A DNA stretch of 32,113 bases, from assembly GCA_022574315.1 (NCBI GenBank), contig JACZSH010000003.1:1-32113 (forward strand). The letters are read 5' to 3'. Positions within the stretch are counted from its first letter, which is position 1, and every line of letters starts with the position of its first letter. The notes beneath the pieces were generated by a model. The model had not been told where the DNA came from. It saw nothing but the letters and a program-made list of their open reading frames with translations, and ran no database searches. The DNA is from Chloroflexota bacterium (GTDB lineage: Bacteria > Chloroflexota > Dehalococcoidia > Dehalococcoidales > RBG-16-60-22). Positions 17,519-23,126 of this stretch are shown here, piece after piece. The translations under genes and the position numbers were made by a program.

Positions 17519-17713
17519 ATGCCAGTAATAAGATATGCCCAAATATTCAAAGACGGCCAGCTAATCGACAGCCAACCTTACGAGGTGTCTGACGAGGAAC
17601 TGGCGCTGGAGAATGCCGATCAGGTAATCAAACGACTTTCCGCAAAAGCGGATAACGAGATGACCACCCCTGAAATGGCACAGTTCTTGAAAGCGCTGGC
17701 GCGGGCAAGATAA
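17519..17713 (+). CDS. Small hypothetical protein (possible fibre partner or chaperone)
   Basis: 64 aa; GGAGG RBS; follows the fibre-like gene. Confidence 0.5.
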   Translation: MPVIRYAQIFKDGQLIDSQPYEVSDEELALENADQVIKRLSAKADNEMTTPEMAQFLKALARAR

Positions 17714-17729
17714 AGACGAGGAGGTAACG

Positions 17730-18362
17730 ATGAACCTGACTGATATGAGGGCCATAGTCCGGCGTGACCTTCATGATGAAGACGCCGGCAACTACCGCTG
17801 GACGGATAATGAGATGGACAGGCATATCGCCCACGCCGTAAAGGGCTTCTCCGAATACCTGCCCTGGGAGCAGAAAACCACTATCGCCACCACCTCCGGC
17901 TCCCGGGAGATTGATATCTCCGCGGTAACAGGCAGGGTAATGGTCGAGGCGGCCGAGTATCCGGTGGATAATTTCCCCCGGCGCTACCAGCGGTTCTCCT
18001 TATGGGGTGACACCCTGAACCTGCTTGGGGACGAGATACCGGACGGCTCCAACGCTTATATCTACTACGGCAAACTGCATACCCTTGACGGCGCCACTTC
18101 CACTATCCCCGCCCGGCATGAGGACCTGATTGCCGCCGCCGCCGCCGGTTATGCCGCTATCGAGTGGGCGGTCTACGCCGTCAACCGGGTCAACGTCGGT
18201 GGCAGCGTCACCCCGGAGATGTTTTTAAGCTGGGGCAGGGAGAAGCTGGCCTATTTCCGGCAGGAGATGCAGCGACTCGGCCGGAGACACCGGGTCAGGG
18301 TCCGCTCCCTCTATAAACCTTACTACCCGGTCGTGTCTGAATCAACCGATTACGGTCCCTGA
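17730..18362 (+). CDS. Putative head-tail adaptor/connector protein
   Basis: MNLTDMRAIVRRDLHD....RWTDNEMDRHI N-terminal helices, a beta insert and IPARHEDLI..AA, resembling phage adaptor proteins. Confidence 0.65.
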   Translation: MNLTDMRAIVRRDLHDEDAGNYRWTDNEMDRHIAHAVKGFSEYLPWEQKTTIATTSGSREIDISAVTGRVMVEAAEYPVDNFPRRYQRFSLWGDTLNLLGDEIPDGSNAYIYYGKLHTLDGATSTIPARHEDLIAAAAAGYAAIEWAVYAVNRVNVGGSVTPEMFLSWGREKLAYFRQEMQRLGRRHRVRVRSLYKPYYPVVSESTDYGP

Positions 18363-18365
18363 TTT

Positions 18366-18530
18366 TGAGGATTAAAAGGGATGAAACCCCTATTCCAGAC
18401 CCTCCTCTTTTCTTGAAGAAGAGATAACTTGAAGGAGCGTCTAAGAGGGGCGAAGCCCCTCTTCTACACCTCTCCCCCTTCCCCTTGCCAGGGGGAAGGG
18501 GGATTAAGGGGGACAGGGTCACTAAAATAA
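18366..18530 (+). repeat. REP-like double-hairpin repeat (one degenerate and one intact copy)
   Basis: AAGAGGGGCGAAGCCCCTCTT (18443-18463), then TCCCCCTTCCCC-N7-GGGGAAGGGGGA (18473-18503) and a G-rich tail. Confidence 0.8.
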
Positions 18531-18551
18531 CAACCAAAGAGGTAAAGTAGT

Positions 18552-18860
18552 ATGACCATAGAAAAAAGATTATCCAAGGAAGCCTTCGCTCTGGTGGGCA
18601 ACCCCGAAGACACCACCACCTGGCATTTACCCCACCACAAAAAGAATATCCCGGGCGCCGTTAAAGGCAAAATCGACCTGGAAAAGACGGTCGACTGGCA
18701 CCTGATGGCAATGGCGGTCGGTGAGCTTTCTCTCGGCGTCAATCGCCGGCGGAAAATCGAAGCCGACCCGGCGCAAATCCTGGTCGCCGCGGCTCACCTG
18801 GCCTCCCATTACCGTCAGGCCGGACACCCGCTCCCCGATGTACTGGCGGCTCTGGTATAG
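18552..18860 (+). CDS. Hypothetical protein with WHLPHH and HLASHY motifs (phage head-associated domain-like)
   Basis: 102 aa; GAGGT RBS; motif pattern recalled from phage head-module proteins, not verified. Confidence 0.55.
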   Translation: MTIEKRLSKEAFALVGNPEDTTTWHLPHHKKNIPGAVKGKIDLEKTVDWHLMAMAVGELSLGVNRRRKIEADPAQILVAAAHLASHYRQAGHPLPDVLAALV

Positions 18861-18936
18861 ACGGCGCTGTCGGGCACCCGTCTCCTGACTTCCTTACCTG
18901 GTGAAGGAATCGGAGAGAACCGTCAAAGGAGTAACT

Positions 18937-19227
18937 ATGCTGGAAAAATTATATCAAAAGCTGTGGACGAGGCTGGGTGGCCGACCCTGGACCTATATCC
19001 TGCGGGATACCTGGCATAAGCTTGAGGGACTCTGGATTATCGGCCTTGTCGCCGTCGGCGCCCTGCTCGGACACTGGCTCTGGGAGCTGGTATTCTGGTT
19101 CCTCCTCGTCTTTGCCCTGGGCTATATCGCCGGTCACCTTTTCTGGGGGACCCGGTATATCCCTTACCAGCCGGGCGATGCTGATACCGGGGCCAGGCAG
19201 GCTCTGGGAAAAGGAGTGGTGAAGTAA
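18937..19227 (+). CDS. Small two-TM membrane protein (holin-like)
   Basis: ATG 18937 after AAGGAG; basic amphipathic N-terminus, two TM helices and a polar C-tail; TAATG coupling to the next gene. Confidence 0.5.
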   Translation: MLEKLYQKLWTRLGGRPWTYILRDTWHKLEGLWIIGLVAVGALLGHWLWELVFWFLLVFALGYIAGHLFWGTRYIPYQPGDADTGARQALGKGVVK

Positions 19228-21233
19228 TGCGAAACTTAACCTCAACTTTGCTCACTGCCCAGAAACAGCCGTCGGCGCTGCCTTTTCTTAAAATAGAGGC
19301 GAGCAATAAGATTGCCGGCGTGGTCCGCTACGACTGGACACGGCTTTACACCGGCGCCGAGGACGACTCTTTCCACGGTATGGCCATGCCCGGCGACGGC
19401 TCCATGGTCAGGGTCAGGACAACCCCGCCCGCCGATTCCCGGAAGCTCTACCGCCAGCGAGTTGTTGACCCCGGCCCCGCCAGTGATTTTTCCCAGTGGA
19501 CTTATACCAATCAGTATAATGCCGCCGTAGTTGCCTGTGCCGCTCTGGACGCTGAAGTCTCCATCTTCTGGATAGACAGCGCCACCCGGAAAATTCAGCG
19601 CATCGTCAGCACTGACTACGGAGCTACCTGGGGCAGCCCGGAAACGGTCGATTATTCCCCCTCCACTTCCATTTTTGGCCTGACCGCGGCTTATAAGCCC
19701 AATGGTGACCTGGCTATCTTCTTTGCTGACCAGGCTAACCTCTATGTAAAAAAGCACCTCTCCGGGCAGTGGCAATCAAAGTCAGCCTGGGACAAGACCA
19801 CCGGCAACCTGTCCGGTGTCACCGTGGTCTATGACGCCGATTGGAACCTGCTGGTCACCGGGCAAGACACGTCGGGTAATTTCAAGTTGTGGAGCCTGGT
19901 TTACGGTGATGGCGGCGATGTCGCCGCCGGCAGCTGGTCGGCTTTGCCGGAGCTTGCCTCGGCTCCGTCCGATGGCGAATTTGAGTACTGCCGGCCTTTC
20001 CTGGCTAAACCTGACGTTTATCGCGGTTGCTTTGTCGAAAAGTTCACCGGCACTGACGCCTATGACCGCCCTTTCTGGTCGCACTCCGTTCTCGGGGCCG
20101 GCTTCGTGGCTAACCTGTGGCGGGAACCGGTGCCCTTTAATCTCTCCTCGGCGTACGGTCTGGCTATCGCTCACTACGGCAATTACAGCTGGCTGTCCAG
20201 TCCGGCCGGGGTCTGGCGGGCCGTTCTTACCGTGCAGTCCCTTGACCTGACCGCGGATGTATTGGCGGCCAGGCAGGAGACGGAAGAGACGTTGGGAAAA
20301 CTGACCGTGGAACTGAACAATGACGAAGGCCAGTACGCTTCTCCGGGACAGGGGAGCTTGTCTGTCCTCGATACCGGTTGTCAGCTTGATTTCAGTCCCG
20401 GTTACCGTACTGTTGTCGGCGACGAAGTAAGCGCCGGCCTCACCTTCAGCCTTGAAGCCGGCGAGCATACCAGCTCCGGCGGCAGTGCCCGCCTTATTCT
20501 TCACGCCCGCGATGGTTGGGGCGCCATCGCCGACTGGAAAGCCAGGCACCAGTTCCGCTGGAATAAAGACTCCGACCAGGCGAGCGTGAAGGATATCCTT
20601 GCCTTTGTCCTGGCCAGGCTGGGCTTACAGTTGACCGTCAAATCCCAGTCGTCGGTCATTACCGATTATTATCCTGATTTCACCTTCGGGCCGGGTATCA
20701 CCGGAGAAACGGTCATTCGAAAACTCCTCTCTTTCGTCCCGGATGTCCTCTTTATCGAGGGTAATCAAGCCTGCCTGGTCAATCCTCTATCGTCGGATAG
20801 CTCGGTCTACAGCTATGGCGCCGGGCATCAGGTTCTGGAAGGCAGGTATCGGTGGGGAGCCTGGGGGATTAACCGGGTCCAGGTGGCAGGTTATGACACC
20901 GGCGGCGATGAGGTTATCATCGCCGACAGTTTTGCCTGGGACGAGATAGACAAACTGTATGACCGGTTGCGGCAGATTGAAGACTTGAATATCGGTACCG
21001 TGGCCGAGGCACAGCAGAGAGGTGCCGCTCACCTGAGAGGGGCGGAGATAGCCTCGGTCGGTGGCCATATTTTGGTTCCGGTCAACTGCGGCCAGCAGAT
21101 GTATGACGTAATTGATATTACGGATAGCCGTGCCGGACTTGGTGCCGAGAAAAAACGGGTGGTCGGATTGGTTACGGTTTACCGTCCCCGCCGCGGTGAA
21201 TACCGGCAGTGGCTGCGGCTGGGGGCAGTCTAG
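19227..21233 (+). CDS. Large tail-tip-like protein: N-terminal beta-propeller (Asp-box) plus C-terminal baseplate-hub-like region
   Basis: 668 aa; Asp-box STDYGATW; the C-terminal half has a hub-like pattern (LTVELNN..G, SVKDIL..VL, PVNCGQQMYDVIDITD). The fold is inferred. Confidence 0.55.
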   Translation: MRNLTSTLLTAQKQPSALPFLKIEASNKIAGVVRYDWTRLYTGAEDDSFHGMAMPGDGSMVRVRTTPPADSRKLYRQRVVDPGPASDFSQWTYTNQYNAAVVACAALDAEVSIFWIDSATRKIQRIVSTDYGATWGSPETVDYSPSTSIFGLTAAYKPNGDLAIFFADQANLYVKKHLSGQWQSKSAWDKTTGNLSGVTVVYDADWNLLVTGQDTSGNFKLWSLVYGDGGDVAAGSWSALPELASAPSDGEFEYCRPFLAKPDVYRGCFVEKFTGTDAYDRPFWSHSVLGAGFVANLWREPVPFNLSSAYGLAIAHYGNYSWLSSPAGVWRAVLTVQSLDLTADVLAARQETEETLGKLTVELNNDEGQYASPGQGSLSVLDTGCQLDFSPGYRTVVGDEVSAGLTFSLEAGEHTSSGGSARLILHARDGWGAIADWKARHQFRWNKDSDQASVKDILAFVLARLGLQLTVKSQSSVITDYYPDFTFGPGITGETVIRKLLSFVPDVLFIEGNQACLVNPLSSDSSVYSYGAGHQVLEGRYRWGAWGINRVQVAGYDTGGDEVIIADSFAWDEIDKLYDRLRQIEDLNIGTVAEAQQRGAAHLRGAEIASVGGHILVPVNCGQQMYDVIDITDSRAGLGAEKKRVVGLVTVYRPRRGEYRQWLRLGAV

Positions 21234-21314
21234 AGGGTTGTCTCCCTTTGCGTCTTTATAAGCAGAGTTTCCTCTGAGAAGTGTTCTGAGCGGGCGGATT
21301 TCCCGGAGGCCGGT

Positions 21315-21515
21315 GGAGGGAGTTTTAGAGGGACGCCGTCCCTCTAACATAGCTATTTCCCTTTTCCCTTACTAAGGTCTTGCCTCAAATGTCATTCTGA
21401 GGAACGAAGTGACGAAGAATCTGTGGGTGGGGCTGGGGGTTCAAAGATAGTCCCCACCATTTCCCCTCTCACCTTGCCAAAAGGAAGGGGATACCGGGGA
21501 TGGGGTTAATAAGAT
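21315..21515 (+). repeat. REP-like repeat cluster with a nested second element type
   Basis: Hairpin TTAGAGGGACGCCGTCCCTCTAA (21325-21347); GTCATTCTGAGGAACGAAGTGACGAAGAATCT (21391-21422); TTCCCCTCTCACCTTGCCAAAAGGAAGGGGATACCGGGGATGGGGTT (21461-21507). Confidence 0.75.
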
Positions 21516-21534
21516 ATCAGGGAGTGTAAAGAAA

Positions 21535-21747
21535 ATGAGACTGCGAAAAGCGATTTTAAGGAGTTTCAATTCCGGAAATTATACCGCTACCATTCAGATT
21601 GCCGGCAGCTATAAAGTATATCTGGAAGATATTTCCGTGGCGCGGAACCTGCCTGCCGCCGAAATGACCACCGGTAGAAAAGCGGCGGTTGTCTTTTTTG
21701 ATGACTATAGTCCCAAAGAGGCGGTGGTCATCGCTGTCTATACGTAG
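21535..21747 (+). CDS. Small beta-rich protein, possible OB-fold spike component
   Basis: 70 aa; GGGAG RBS; strand pattern (YTATIQI..G, V.VARNL, GRKAAVVFFD, AVVIAVY) reminiscent of gpV/gp5 OB domains. Confidence 0.5.
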   Translation: MRLRKAILRSFNSGNYTATIQIAGSYKVYLEDISVARNLPAAEMTTGRKAAVVFFDDYSPKEAVVIAVYT

Positions 21748-21798
21748 CTGGGAACGCTAAGCCGAAAAACGAATCTGGTTTATCCTGGTGCTGACGGC

Positions 21799-22194
21799 TT
21801 AGTCGTGCTCTCGTGCCATGCCTCGGGCGATGCTCTTTAGCATGGTCAGGATGCCGAGTGTCGCGCGCTGCACCTCTACCGACTCTTCGGCTAACATCTT
21901 GGCCACAAACGGGTCCAGGTGCCGTCCGCTGTAACTTGAGCTTCTTTCTTCGGCAACGCCTGAACTATGCGGAGACAGGAAGCCGGCCAGCGTAAAAAGC
22001 TCGTCTTCGTCAAAACCCAGCGGTTTAGCGATGCGGCGAAGAATATGGGCCGAGGGGAAACGTTCGGCCCGCTCGATACGACCCAGGTGTGACGACGATA
22101 CCCCTGACGTAGACGAAAGCTCTTGCAGTGTCAGTGGTATCGAGATTCTCTGCTGCTTGAGTATTCTACCCAGGTTATGATTTTCCCTTGTCAT
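21799..22194 (-). CDS. XRE-family HTH transcriptional regulator
   Basis: LGRILKQQR...LTLQELS..SGVSSSHLGRIERAERFPSAHILRRIA; GGGAG RBS. Confidence 0.9.
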   Translation of the reverse strand: MTRENHNLGRILKQQRISIPLTLQELSSTSGVSSSHLGRIERAERFPSAHILRRIAKPLGFDEDELFTLAGFLSPHSSGVAEERSSSYSGRHLDPFVAKMLAEESVEVQRATLGILTMLKSIARGMAREHD

Positions 22195-22224
22195 CTTGGT
22201 ACTCCCTGCTGCCTTTTTCTATCC

Positions 22225-22284
22225 TTTGTCAGATGGCAAATCACCATGCTCGTTAATTATAATTCGCCAAATGGCAAATGTCAA
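22225..22284 (-). promoter_or_regulatory. Consensus xre promoter with two palindromic operator copies
   Basis: TTGACA (22284-22279), 17-bp spacer, TATAAT (22261-22256). TTCGCCA-AA-TGGCAAA (22263-22278) and TTTGTCA-GA-TGGCAAA (22225-22240). Confidence 0.75.
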
Positions 22285-22416
22285 TACTTTTCAGACTGAT
22301 TGACAGCCAGCTGTCCACCGCTTTTCTTTTATCATAGCCCGGCCGGACCACATTCCCCATTAAAATGAGGTATAAATTTCATTAAAAATTACCCGGCCTT
22401 TCACATTTTTTCTTTC

Positions 22417-22445
22417 TTGACAGGGTGACCGTTACTGACTAAAAT
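22417..22445 (+). promoter_or_regulatory. Promoter upstream of yqeY
   Basis: TTGACA (22417-22422), 17-bp spacer, TAAAAT (22440-22445). Confidence 0.75.
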
Positions 22446-22583
22446 GGGAGTGAATCGGTCAGCCAACCATTCTCAAACCAACCTGCCGGGTGGATGTTCA
22501 CCTTGAGGCGTAATCGAAAAAGGGCGGCCGGGAAACGTGGCACGGCGCGAGCCATGCGGAGACAGTAAGTAATTGAGGTGTAT

Positions 22584-23039
22584 ATGGCTGAAGCAGACCT
22601 GAAACAGAAATTTTCCGCTGACCTGAAACAGGCAATGAGAGACGGTGATAAGATGAAGCGCGGCACTCTCCGGATGTTAATTTCTGCTATCAACAATGCC
22701 GAAATTGCCCGCCGTGATGTTTTGCCGGAGGCCGATATTCTCGGTATTATCGCCAAAGAAGTCAGGCTGCATAAAGAAAGCATCGAGGCTTTTCAGCAGG
22801 GTAACCGCCCGGACCTGGTGGCCCAGGAAGAAGCGGAGCTGAGTGTTCTCCAGGCGTACCTGCCCCAACAGCTCAGTCGGGAAGAGGTTGTGGCCGCGGC
22901 TCGCCTGGTTATTGCCGAACTGGGCGCCCAGGGCCCCGCGGACAAAGGAAAAGTCATGCCCAGGGTTATCGCTCAGCTTAAAGGTCGAGCCGACGGACGC
23001 CAGATTAATGAGGTAGTCACTGAGTTACTTGCTTCGTAA
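22584..23039 (+). CDS. yqeY: GatB/YqeY domain protein
   Basis: DLKQAMRDGDK, ESIEAFQQGNRPDLVAQEEAEL, YLPQQLS and KGRADG motifs. Confidence 0.92.
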   Translation: MAEADLKQKFSADLKQAMRDGDKMKRGTLRMLISAINNAEIARRDVLPEADILGIIAKEVRLHKESIEAFQQGNRPDLVAQEEAELSVLQAYLPQQLSREEVVAAARLVIAELGAQGPADKGKVMPRVIAQLKGRADGRQINEVVTELLAS

Positions 23040-23075
23040 TGATATGATAATGAAATCAGGGTATTTCACCATGCG

Positions 23076-23098
23076 GAGGGGCACCGGCCCCTCTTTTT
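23076..23098 (+). terminator. Intrinsic terminator between yqeY and purL
   Basis: GAGGGGC-ACCG-GCCCCTC-TTTTT. Confidence 0.7.
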
Positions 23099-23126
23099 AT
23101 TCCGTGCCAGGCGGGGGGACGGTTTT

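Larger units (their letters stand above)
12870..21747 (+). mobile_element. Phage-derived virion gene module (GTA-like or cryptic prophage head cluster) with no integrase, replication or terminase gene in the window
   Basis: 13 co-oriented intact ORFs in the order regulator, portal, scaffold, capsid, decoration/fibre, adaptor, holin-like, hub-like; flanked by dnaJ and xre/yqeY. Confidence 0.8.

Noticed and set aside
12870-22194. Complete inducible prophage or PICI-like satellite
   Set aside because: No integrase, att pair, primase/replication gene, terminase or lysin is visible, and the flanks are housekeeping genes.
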